Notes under the pieces: generated by a model
What the model was told of the DNA's origin: nothing
The model's input: the letters and a program-made list of their open reading frames with translations, nothing else
The model's database searches: none
Source of the DNA: an uncultured SAR86 cluster bacterium
GTDB taxonomy: Bacteria > Pseudomonadota > Gammaproteobacteria > Magnimaribacterales > D2472
DNA length: 64,000 bases
Assembly: GCA_902623685.1 (NCBI GenBank)
Contig: CACNUQ010000001.1
Span: 51,667-115,666, forward strand
Reading direction: 5' to 3'
Program-made: the position numbers and the translations under genes
Shown: positions 10,627 through 18,863 of the stretch, one piece after another
Layout of the letters: each line of letters opens with the position of its first letter
Numbering within the stretch: position 1 is the first letter of the stretch

Positions 10627-11940
10627 ATGTCTCCAGTAGATCATTCAGAATCAAATATGCAGAAAGTTGCTCTTACTGCATTGGCTGGTACTAGTATCGA
10701 ATGGTATGACTTCTTTCTATACGGCGCCGCCGCTGCTTTAGTATTTCCAACAGCATTCTTTGGAGAAGCCACGCCTTCTACAGCTCTGATCTTATCTCTA
10801 CTAACTTTCGCGGCTGGCTTTATTGCAAGGCCAATTGGAGGAATTATTTTTGGTCATTACGGCGATAGAATAGGGAGAAAAAAAACTCTAGTAATAGCAC
10901 TAATATTAATGGGAGTTTCTTCTACCCTCATAGGACTTTTACCAACCTATGCAATGATTGGAGTTACCGCACCAATTTTACTTACTTCTTTGCGTTTTGT
11001 TCAAGGACTTGCAATTGGTGGTCAGTGGGGAGGAGCCATGTTACTGGTTACTGAGAGCGCTCCATCTGACAAAAGAGGTTTTTATGGTGCTTTTGCTCAA
11101 GCTGGAGCTCCAATAGGAGTTATCCTTGCAAATCTTGCATTCATTGTCACAAGTTCACTTGTTTCAGAGGAATCTTTTTATTCGTGGGGATGGCGCATTC
11201 CATTTCTTGCAAGCGCTATTTTGATTGGAATTAGTATGTATATTCAATTGAACCTTGAGGATACTAAAGCATTTCAAGAACTTCAGCAAAGAAAACAAAA
11301 CGTTGATACAAAAGAAGAACAAATTAAACAATCACCTATTCTTGAGGCAATAAGAAAGTATCCAAATCGAATCGCTTTGGCAGCTGGAGCTTTTCTTTCA
11401 ATCCAAGTAACCTTTTATATACTTATAGCTTTTCTTCTTGCATATGGTGTTTCAAGTGCTGAAATATCACGGGATGACATGTTAGCAGCTGTATTAATTG
11501 CCTCAGCAATTATGGTTCCAAGTCAATTTATGTTTTCTCTTATCTCAGATCGTCACGGAAGAAAAGGAATATTTATGACAGGGGCAATACTCACAGGTTT
11601 ATGGGCATATGCAATATTTCCCCTTGTCGACACCGGTAATTTTTACCTAATAGTCTTAGCTATTACAATTGGGCTTGTATTTGTAGGCATGATGTATGGT
11701 CCCCAGGCAGCATTTTTTACAGAGTTATTTTCAACTGAAGTTAGATATTCAGGAGCAACACTTGGCTATCAATTTGGGGCAATTCTTGGAGGAGCATTTG
11801 CGCCAACCATTGCCGCATTCTTGTGGAATAACTATGGTATTTTTTGGGTCTCTGTTTATATATCTTTTGCCTCCTTATTAACTTTATTTTCCGTGATGGC
11901 GCTCACGGAGACATACAAAATTAGCTTAAACGACGATTAG
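10627..11940 (+). CDS. MFS transporter, metabolite:H+ symporter (MHS/ShiA-like) family
   Basis: GTSIEWYDFFLY, GDRIGRK, WGWRIPFL motifs; about 12 TM helices. Confidence 0.92.
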   Translation: MSPVDHSESNMQKVALTALAGTSIEWYDFFLYGAAAALVFPTAFFGEATPSTALILSLLTFAAGFIARPIGGIIFGHYGDRIGRKKTLVIALILMGVSSTLIGLLPTYAMIGVTAPILLTSLRFVQGLAIGGQWGGAMLLVTESAPSDKRGFYGAFAQAGAPIGVILANLAFIVTSSLVSEESFYSWGWRIPFLASAILIGISMYIQLNLEDTKAFQELQQRKQNVDTKEEQIKQSPILEAIRKYPNRIALAAGAFLSIQVTFYILIAFLLAYGVSSAEISRDDMLAAVLIASAIMVPSQFMFSLISDRHGRKGIFMTGAILTGLWAYAIFPLVDTGNFYLIVLAITIGLVFVGMMYGPQAAFFTELFSTEVRYSGATLGYQFGAILGGAFAPTIAAFLWNNYGIFWVSVYISFASLLTLFSVMALTETYKISLNDD

Positions 11941-12020
11941 AAAAAATTGCACTAAGAATATCTAATATTTTTTAAGAAGCTATATCTTTTTTAAATCAGT
12001 TTTAATACTATAAAAAATAA

Positions 12021-12105
12021 TGCAAAGGGGTGGTCATTTTGGCCTGAGATCTTTTTTTTGAAACCCTTTGAACCTGATCCATACAATAGTGGCGGAGGAA
12101 TTGCA
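12021..12105 (+). ncRNA. TPP (thiamine pyrophosphate) riboswitch
   Basis: GGGGTG...CTGAGA...ACCCTTTGAACCTGATC...AAT...GCGGAGGAA core; P1 = TGCAA(12021-25)/TTGCA(12101-05); directly upstream of a TBDR-PnuC-kinase operon. Confidence 0.93.
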
Positions 12106-14210
12106 TGCAAACCAACATAAATATTTTTTTCTTACTTCTCTTTATCCCCTTAAGCATTAATTTGTTTTCTGAGAATATTGAGGAAATTGTAGTAAAAGGT
12201 GATTGGCGTGAGTCAAGCATTCTTGAAGAGGATTCAAGCATTGTAATTTTGAATTCAAAAATTTTAGATTCGCAACCTATCAAACATTTTGAAAACCTCT
12301 CATACTTAGTTCCAAATTTAAATTTTGCTGCTAGTGATTCAAGGGCAAGACATTTTCAAATCAGAGGCATTGGTGAGAGGTCTGGTTATGAAAGAACTCC
12401 CAATTCAGCTGTTGGATTCATAATTGACGATATTGATTATTCAGGTCAAGGTGGTATTGCAACCACTTTTGATGTTGATCAAATTGAAGTTCATAGGGGG
12501 CCTCAGGGATCAAGAATAGGCTCCAATGCTTTGGCAGGGTTAATTTATGTTCAAACAAAAGAACCGACTGATGAGTTTGAAGGAATTAGTGAGATAACAT
12601 ACGGAGATTTTGGGACTTTAAGTACAGGTATTGCATTTGGCGGTCCGTTAAAATCAAATAATAATCTTACCTATAGATTTGCATTGCGCAAAGATTATTC
12701 CGATGGATTCAGAAAGAATTTATTTCTAGGAAAATCCAATACATCCAAAAAGGATGAAAATACTTTTAGATTTAAATTCAATTGGAAAATAAGCAACGAA
12801 ACTTTAGTTAAACTTCTCATAACCCAAATAGATTTAAATGATCCTGCTGATATTTGGACCATAGATGGAAGTTTAAATACTCTTTCTGATAGACCAGGGA
12901 TGGATTCTCAAAAAACTAATGGATTTGGCATAAAACTTTCTCATGCATTTAAAAATTTTGGATTCCAAAGTCTAACCAGTATCACCGATACAGATGTTGA
13001 ACTAAGTTACGATGCAGATTGGGGTAATGCTAATTCTCATTTTCCTTATACATATGATTATTATTCTGAAACATTAAGAACTAGAGAAACATTTAGTCAG
13101 GAATTTCGATTAGTTTCAGATGCTGCAAATTTTAATGATGGTCTTAATGCGGAATGGGTATTAGGCATAAGTTATTTTGATGTCAAAGAAATCAACATAA
13201 AAAATGATGACGGTATATACGGAGACCCCTCTGATCCATTTGGGCCCTATGCAAGCCAGTCCTCTTCGAAAAGTAACTTTTCCTCTGAAAATTATTCACT
13301 TTTTGGAAATCTTGATTACTTTATTAGTGAGAATACAAAGTTTTCTATTGGTGCAAGATTGGAAGCTTATGAAGCAAAGTATTTTGACTCATATGGAGAG
13401 TCGTTCAACCCTTCAGATAATATGTCCGGAGGCAAAATCTCACTTAGTAGCTTTTTGAATGATCACTTGAATATTTTTGTTAGTGTAGCCAGAGGGTTTA
13501 ATCAAGGTGGTTTTAATCTCAATCTTGGTTTAGACCCAAATTCTCAAAATAATAATTTGTATTTTGATCCTGAGTTTCTTACCAATTACGAATTTGGCCT
13601 CAATGCAAAAACATTAGATTCAAAAATCAATATTTCTTCGGTTATTTTTTACTCTGATCGATCAGATCAACAAGTTCTAATATCCACTCAAGTTGATCCA
13701 ACCGATCCCAATACTTTTTCCTTTCTTACTCAGAATGCTGCAGAAGGAACAAATTTTGGACTTGAGTTAAATCTAGATGCTCAACTTAATGAATATTTAA
13801 ATATCTTTACAAGAGTTGGATTACTAAAAACTGAAATTAAAAATTGGAAGTCCCGTCCAGATCTTGAGGGAAGGGCTCAAGCACATGCCCCCGAAAAAAG
13901 TTATGCCTTTGGAGTGAATTGGTTAATTTCTGACAAAGCATCATTAACCATAGACATTACTGGCAAAAGTGCTTTTTACTACTCAGATTCCCATAATAAT
14001 AAATCTCAGTCATATGCATTAACAAATTTTAGTTATGAATATGCAATTGATAATTGGACCTATTCTTTGTGGGCAAGAAATATTTTTGATGAATATTACT
14101 CAACCAGAGGTTTCTATTTTGGAAATGAAGCTCCAAACTTCGAAGACACATTATATGAGCGTCATGGCGATCCAAGGCATGTCGGTCTAAGTGTAAGATA
14201 TGATTTTTGA
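12105..14210 (+). CDS. TonB-dependent receptor, probable thiamine uptake
   Basis: TonB box EEIVV, plug motifs IRGIG and IEVHRGPQG, C-terminal YDF; under a TPP riboswitch. Confidence 0.9.
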   Translation: MQTNINIFFLLLFIPLSINLFSENIEEIVVKGDWRESSILEEDSSIVILNSKILDSQPIKHFENLSYLVPNLNFAASDSRARHFQIRGIGERSGYERTPNSAVGFIIDDIDYSGQGGIATTFDVDQIEVHRGPQGSRIGSNALAGLIYVQTKEPTDEFEGISEITYGDFGTLSTGIAFGGPLKSNNNLTYRFALRKDYSDGFRKNLFLGKSNTSKKDENTFRFKFNWKISNETLVKLLITQIDLNDPADIWTIDGSLNTLSDRPGMDSQKTNGFGIKLSHAFKNFGFQSLTSITDTDVELSYDADWGNANSHFPYTYDYYSETLRTRETFSQEFRLVSDAANFNDGLNAEWVLGISYFDVKEINIKNDDGIYGDPSDPFGPYASQSSSKSNFSSENYSLFGNLDYFISENTKFSIGARLEAYEAKYFDSYGESFNPSDNMSGGKISLSSFLNDHLNIFVSVARGFNQGGFNLNLGLDPNSQNNNLYFDPEFLTNYEFGLNAKTLDSKINISSVIFYSDRSDQQVLISTQVDPTDPNTFSFLTQNAAEGTNFGLELNLDAQLNEYLNIFTRVGLLKTEIKNWKSRPDLEGRAQAHAPEKSYAFGVNWLISDKASLTIDITGKSAFYYSDSHNNKSQSYALTNFSYEYAIDNWTYSLWARNIFDEYYSTRGFYFGNEAPNFEDTLYERHGDPRHVGLSVRYDF

Positions 14211-14793
14211 ATATTTTCAAACCCATTGGCTGGAATTAACAGCAGTTATTTTAGCCATCCTCTATCTTTTATTAGCAGTAAGACAAAATATCTTATGCTG
14301 GCCAGCTGGAATTATCAGCTCTATTTTATATTTTTTTATCATGAAGTCGGCAGGGCTATATATGGAGGCATATCTGCAGATTTTTTATGTTTTTATGGGT
14401 TTTTATGGTTGGTCACAATGGAACAAAGTTAACAACAAGTTTTTTATTGTAAATACCTGGAGTCGATTAAAGCATTTTTACGCTATTTCTCTGGTTTTGA
14501 TTCTTTCAATTTCATCAGGCTTATTTATGCATTCCTATACTGATGCAGCTCTTCCATTTTTCGATGCATTTGTAACGTGGGGAGCAGTTATTGCAACTTA
14601 TATGGTGGCAAAAAAATTAATTGAAAATTGGATTTATTGGTTTGTAATTGACACTATTTCAATATTACTTTTTATATCAAGAGGCCTCTTACCTACAGCT
14701 TTTTTATTTGGACTCTATTTAGTCATAATATTTTTTGGGTATAAATCTTGGAAAAAAATTCTAGATACAGGCAATGAAATCACTGCTAAATAA
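14200..14793 (+). CDS. PnuC-family transporter, probable thiamine transporter PnuT
   Basis: Pnu motifs (WP.G, LQ..Y, YGW..W, ENW.YW...D); operon context. Confidence 0.88.
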   Translation: MIFEYFQTHWLELTAVILAILYLLLAVRQNILCWPAGIISSILYFFIMKSAGLYMEAYLQIFYVFMGFYGWSQWNKVNNKFFIVNTWSRLKHFYAISLVLILSISSGLFMHSYTDAALPFFDAFVTWGAVIATYMVAKKLIENWIYWFVIDTISILLFISRGLLPTAFLFGLYLVIIFFGYKSWKKILDTGNEITAK

Positions 14794-15553
14794 AATTGAA
14801 TCTATACCGGGAGCTTTTACTTTAAAGGATAAGCTTTCATCAAGTCTAATTTCTGAAGTTTACGAATGCACCTATAACCAAACTAAGGCAGTAATAAGAT
14901 TTGATCTTCCTGCTGCTTCTAAGTTAGCAATTGATCGAGAAAATGAGGCCATAGTTCTAAATAACATTTTTGATTTAGGCATATCTCCATCTCTGATTTA
15001 TTTTGATCCATCAGCAGGAATAATGATTTGGAAGTATATTGCTGGAACCAAGCCGGTTTTTGATCAAGAAAAATCTAATACTTTTTCTTTGATAGATTTA
15101 GGCAGGTCTCTTGCTTGTATTCATAGTTCGCCAATACCTGCAAATTCAAAAAATATTTTTAGAGATTCTATGAATTTGTATGAAAGTCTACTTGAAGAAA
15201 GTCAAAATGAAATGTTCTTTAGGACAGCATCTGATTTGTATAATGAGTTAGTTGATGATGGAGTAAAGATGGTTTTTTCTCATAATGATTTACATTCTGG
15301 AAATTTAATCTGGAACTCAAAATATTATTTTCTTGACTGGGAATTTTCTAGCAGCAACCATCCTTGTTTTGATATTGCATCATTAGTAAGAAGTTTTAAT
15401 TTAAATGAAAATCAAATTCGTTTTCTTTCAAAAGGTTACCAGCCTAATGATGAAATTTTTAATTTTGATGTTCTACAAAAATGGATAACATTTATAGATT
15501 TCCTTGATCAGATTTGGGAAATTGCACTAACAAAATTATCAAAAAATCTATAA
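14774..15553 (+). CDS. Choline/aminoglycoside-kinase-fold phosphotransferase, probable thiamine kinase
   Basis: IDRENE, HNDLHSGN (Brenner motif), LDWEFS; third gene of the TPP operon. Confidence 0.8.
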   Translation: MKSLLNKIESIPGAFTLKDKLSSSLISEVYECTYNQTKAVIRFDLPAASKLAIDRENEAIVLNNIFDLGISPSLIYFDPSAGIMIWKYIAGTKPVFDQEKSNTFSLIDLGRSLACIHSSPIPANSKNIFRDSMNLYESLLEESQNEMFFRTASDLYNELVDDGVKMVFSHNDLHSGNLIWNSKYYFLDWEFSSSNHPCFDIASLVRSFNLNENQIRFLSKGYQPNDEIFNFDVLQKWITFIDFLDQIWEIALTKLSKNL

Positions 15554-15591
15554 AATTATTTACTAGTTATTTTCAATTAAGGTTTATAATT

Positions 15592-16068
15592 TTGAAAAAG
15601 TTTTTCTTAGTTTCCATAATATTCACACTAATAATTTCGGCTTGCAGTCAGGCACCAGACGTTGAGGCTAATTTAAATCAAGCAGAGGCTTTTTTAGAAA
15701 AAAATTTATTAAATAATGATGTGATAGAGGTAGAGCCAGGCCTTCAGTATATGGTGTTAGATTCTTTTGAGGATTCTTCATTGCATCCAAATTTATCAGA
15801 TACTATTACAGCTGATTTTCATGGAACGCTTATTGACGGATCAGTTTTTTGGAGCTCTATTGAGATAGGTGAGCCTTTAACTATTCAGCTTTCACAATTA
15901 ATCCCTGGATGTCAAAAAATAATTTCTCTTATGCAGGAAGGTGATTTTTGGCGAGTCTTTATTCATCCCGATCTTGCATATGGCAAAGAGGGCAGGCCAA
16001 CCATACCCCCTAACTCTGTTCTAATATTTGATATTACGCTTCACTCGATTCAGCAAAAAAATTCCTAA
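15592..16068 (+). CDS. FKBP-type peptidyl-prolyl isomerase, probable lipoprotein
   Basis: GLQY, GTLIDG, LAYG, IPPNSVLIFDI. TTG at 15592 gives a clean signal/lipobox (ISAC) and is preferred over the track start 15514. Confidence 0.88.
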   Translation: MKKFFLVSIIFTLIISACSQAPDVEANLNQAEAFLEKNLLNNDVIEVEPGLQYMVLDSFEDSSLHPNLSDTITADFHGTLIDGSVFWSSIEIGEPLTIQLSQLIPGCQKIISLMQEGDFWRVFIHPDLAYGKEGRPTIPPNSVLIFDITLHSIQQKNS

Positions 16069-16111
16069 AGTTATGACAAAATATCACTTTTAAGTTCATA
16101 ATAGCTACCAA

Positions 16112-16309
16112 ATGTTAGTAGAAAAATTCTTTGATCATATTACAAATTGGAGTAAATTTTGGTTTGGATTAATTTTCCTTGGAAGTATTATTAATGAACT
16201 GGCTAATCAATCCGGCATGTTTGTCTCTGTACCCAGTTTATACCTCTGGACATATGGTTTAGGTGCAATGATAGGCTTAATAGCAAAAATTCGGGGAGCA
16301 TGGTTTTGA
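16112..16309 (+). CDS. Small two-helix membrane protein, unknown function
   Basis: 65 aa, two hydrophobic segments; overlaps the desaturase start. Confidence 0.6.
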   Translation: MLVEKFFDHITNWSKFWFGLIFLGSIINELANQSGMFVSVPSLYLWTYGLGAMIGLIAKIRGAWF

Positions 16310-17202
16310 TGAACTCTAAAGATGTTTCAGCTGAATTTTCATTTGAAAAAGAAAAAGCGATAGCTAAAAGTTTCTCTCAGAGGTTCCAATGGGAAATGAT
16401 TTTAATTGGAATAGGGCAGGCTGTGATTTGGTTGTCACTATGGCCCTTAGTCATTAAGGGAATTGTCCCTCTATGGGCTGGGTTTTGTATTGCAAGTCTA
16501 TGCGCTTGCTTTGCGTATTTACCATCGCATGAATCTCAACATGGAAATTATTCTCGGGGCAATCCTAAAATGAGATGGCTTGACTCACTTGTTGGGCACA
16601 TAACACTTATCACACTTATATCTCCATACGAGATCCTAAGAGTTACTCACATGAAACATCATGCCTATACAAATGATCATGAGAAAGATCCCGATTATCT
16701 AAGCGCTCACTCTGGGTCTCTAATGAAGACAATAAAAAGGGCTGCGGATGGTTCATCTGTATCTGATTATGAAAAATGTCTTGAAGTTTTTGCAAATGAT
16801 AAAAACTTTGTAAATTCTTATACAAAAGCCATACCTATTGCATTGCTATACAGAGCAACTTTGCTCACTTTAGTTCTCATTTTTCCTTTAGAGACTTTGC
16901 TGTTGTGGTGGATACCAGCAAAGATTGGAACTGTATATACAGTTGTATTTTTTGCCTACCTTCCCCACCTTGGAACCTCAAAAGGGCGATATCAAGATAC
17001 GCGTTTTTGGTCGCATTGGATGCCAAGATATTTCAATCATTCTATGCAACTACATTTTATTCATCATCTCCATCCAGGCATTGGTCACTACGATGAACCA
17101 AAAGCTATTGAGGCTCTCAAACCATTCTTGCAAGCAAGAGGTGTTCCAGGAGCAGATGAAATTCCAGATAGAATAACCTTTAATCCCTTAATTAAAATAT
17201 AA
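16300..17202 (+). CDS. Membrane fatty-acid desaturase / carotenoid hydroxylase (CrtR-like) family
   Basis: Three His boxes HESQH, HMKHH, HFIHH; DPD after box 2; YLPH. Confidence 0.85.
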   Translation: MVLMNSKDVSAEFSFEKEKAIAKSFSQRFQWEMILIGIGQAVIWLSLWPLVIKGIVPLWAGFCIASLCACFAYLPSHESQHGNYSRGNPKMRWLDSLVGHITLITLISPYEILRVTHMKHHAYTNDHEKDPDYLSAHSGSLMKTIKRAADGSSVSDYEKCLEVFANDKNFVNSYTKAIPIALLYRATLLTLVLIFPLETLLLWWIPAKIGTVYTVVFFAYLPHLGTSKGRYQDTRFWSHWMPRYFNHSMQLHFIHHLHPGIGHYDEPKAIEALKPFLQARGVPGADEIPDRITFNPLIKI

Positions 17203-17311
17203 CTTATATTTTTATTTTTAGTGATCTAGCGAATAGCTAATCCAATAAAATTATGCTCTGAGAAATTTTAATTTCTTAGTTGTATAATCTTTCGCTTGGA
17301 GGAAATAAAAA

Positions 17312-18085
17312 ATTAAAATTGTAGTTGTAAGCGGCGGTTTTGACCCAATTCATTCGGGCCACATAGAGTATTTTAAATGTGCTAAAAATCTAGGTGATTA
17401 TTTAATAGTTGCTCTTAATAGCGATGAATGGCTGAATAAGAAAAAAGGTAAATTTTTCATGCCGTTTCGTGAGCGAGAAATCATAACTCAAAACTTAGAG
17501 ATGGTTGATGAAGTCATAAGCTTTGAAGATGATGAGAAAGGCAGTTGTTGTGATGCCTTGGAAAAAGTAAAACTAAACTATCCTGAAGATGAAATCATTT
17601 TTTGTAATGGAGGTGATAGAGGTGCTGAAAATATTCCTGAAATGAATGTTAAAGGTGTATCTTTTAAATTTGGAGTTGGAGGAGAACAGAAGATCAATTC
17701 CTCTAGCATTATTCTCAGAGAATGGCAGCATGAAAGCGAGGAGAGGGTTTGGGGTAAATTCTACAATTTATTTCAAGATCATAGACTAAAATTAAAAGAG
17801 CTTGTTGTGCAACCAAATCAAGGTATGTCATTTCAAAGACATCATCAAAGAAGTGAAATATGGTTTGTAAGTAGAGGATCTTGCATTGTGAGACATAGCC
17901 TTGACGGTCCAGAGAATGTGAATGAAACAAATCTTTCAACTGAAGACGTATTTCATATTAAACAAGGTGAATGGCACCAATTAATAAATCCATTTGAGGA
18001 ATCATGCCATATCATAGAAATACAATATGGAGAGTTGACCAGTGAGGAGGATATAGAGCGGCTATTTTATTATGATAAAGATTAA
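17312..18085 (+). CDS. Fusion of a cytidylyltransferase-like (HxGH) domain and a mannose-6-phosphate-isomerase-type cupin; no canonical start codon
   Basis: The frame of track ORF 17459 extends upstream through KIVVVSGGFDPIHSGH...LNSDEWL to an in-frame TAA at 17306. NGGDR and KINSSS motifs; cupin part R.WG...SFQRHHQRSEIW...IEIQYG...EEDIER. Confidence 0.85.
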   Translation: MKIVVVSGGFDPIHSGHIEYFKCAKNLGDYLIVALNSDEWLNKKKGKFFMPFREREIITQNLEMVDEVISFEDDEKGSCCDALEKVKLNYPEDEIIFCNGGDRGAENIPEMNVKGVSFKFGVGGEQKINSSSIILREWQHESEERVWGKFYNLFQDHRLKLKELVVQPNQGMSFQRHHQRSEIWFVSRGSCIVRHSLDGPENVNETNLSTEDVFHIKQGEWHQLINPFEESCHIIEIQYGELTSEEDIERLFYYDKD

Positions 18086-18247
18086 TTAATCTTTGAGCTT
18101 TTCTTCAAGCTCTTCTACTCTTTTTTCAAGTTTTCTAAACTCTGATTCTTTTATAAATCCAGAGTCTTGCATAAATTTCTCTAAGGCTGGCTTTAACATT
18201 TTTTCCATGCCCTTAAGATCACCTGCCATTTTTAATGGATTGAACAT
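18086..18247 (-). CDS. 53-aa coiled-coil protein, UbiK/BMFP-like (not in ORF track)
   Basis: Strong SD TAAGGAG 6 nt before ATG; MFNPLKMAGDLKGMEKMLKPALEKFMQDSGFIKESEFRKLEKRVEELEEKLKD*. The family call rests only on the 'EF..LE.R...LE' heptads. Confidence 0.7.
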   Translation of the reverse strand: MFNPLKMAGDLKGMEKMLKPALEKFMQDSGFIKESEFRKLEKRVEELEEKLKD

Positions 18248-18340
18248 AATTGTCTCCTTATAAATTTCAATATGGGGGTTTTTTCTATATTTCCAATTCT
18301 TTTCGTTGCATCATATACAATAAATAAAAACGGAGTTCAT

Positions 18341-18757
18341 ATGAGTTTTTCAAATTATTTAGACAGTGTTGCCAAACCTTTTGTAGGCTTGGCCCCATGG
18401 ATTTTAAGATTCGTCTTAGGGGTGTCATTTATTCTTCATGGTTTAGGTAAATTTCCATTACCTCCTGAAAAAATGGTGCCTTGGTTCGAGAGTATGGGAT
18501 TTTTTGCACCAGAAATAGTGACTAGTTTAGTCGCGATTGGAGAGGTTGGAGCTGGAGCTGCAGTTATTATTGGTGGCTTTTTAGGGAGAGCAGGGCATTT
18601 AGTCACCCGTCTTGGCGGTGGCGCTGTAGTAGTCATAATGATTGGAGCATTTTATCTAGCGCATCCTGACTGGTTTATTACACAAAAGTTATTTATGAGT
18701 GAACAAATATTCATATTTGCATTAGGCCTTTATTTTGCAATTAAGGGCAATGATTAA
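18341..18757 (+). CDS. DoxX family membrane protein
   Basis: LR..LG..F..HG..K motif, 4 TM helices; ATG 18341 has a GGAG SD and is preferred over the track start 18272. Confidence 0.85.
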   Translation: MSFSNYLDSVAKPFVGLAPWILRFVLGVSFILHGLGKFPLPPEKMVPWFESMGFFAPEIVTSLVAIGEVGAGAAVIIGGFLGRAGHLVTRLGGGAVVVIMIGAFYLAHPDWFITQKLFMSEQIFIFALGLYFAIKGND

Positions 18758-18770
18758 AGTTTAAAAAAGC

Positions 18771-18814
18771 TTGCATTTGTAAATGAGAATGATTATCATT
18801 TTCATTCTCATTTA
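18771..18814 (+). promoter_or_regulatory. Sigma70 promoter overlapped by a Fur box
   Basis: TTGCAT(18771)-17 nt-TATCAT(18794); AATGAGAATGATTATCATT matches the Fur consensus; perfect 13-bp inverted repeat TAAATGAGAATGA (18780-92) / TCATTCTCATTTA (18802-14). Confidence 0.85.
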
Positions 18815-18863
18815 GGCTATTTAGTCTCTTTGAGCGTATTTACTTTTAAGGAGAATAAATTTC

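Noticed and set aside
12008-12283. 91-aa minus-strand ORF over the riboswitch and TBDR start
   Set aside because: Antisense to a well-supported riboswitch and CDS; no protein features.
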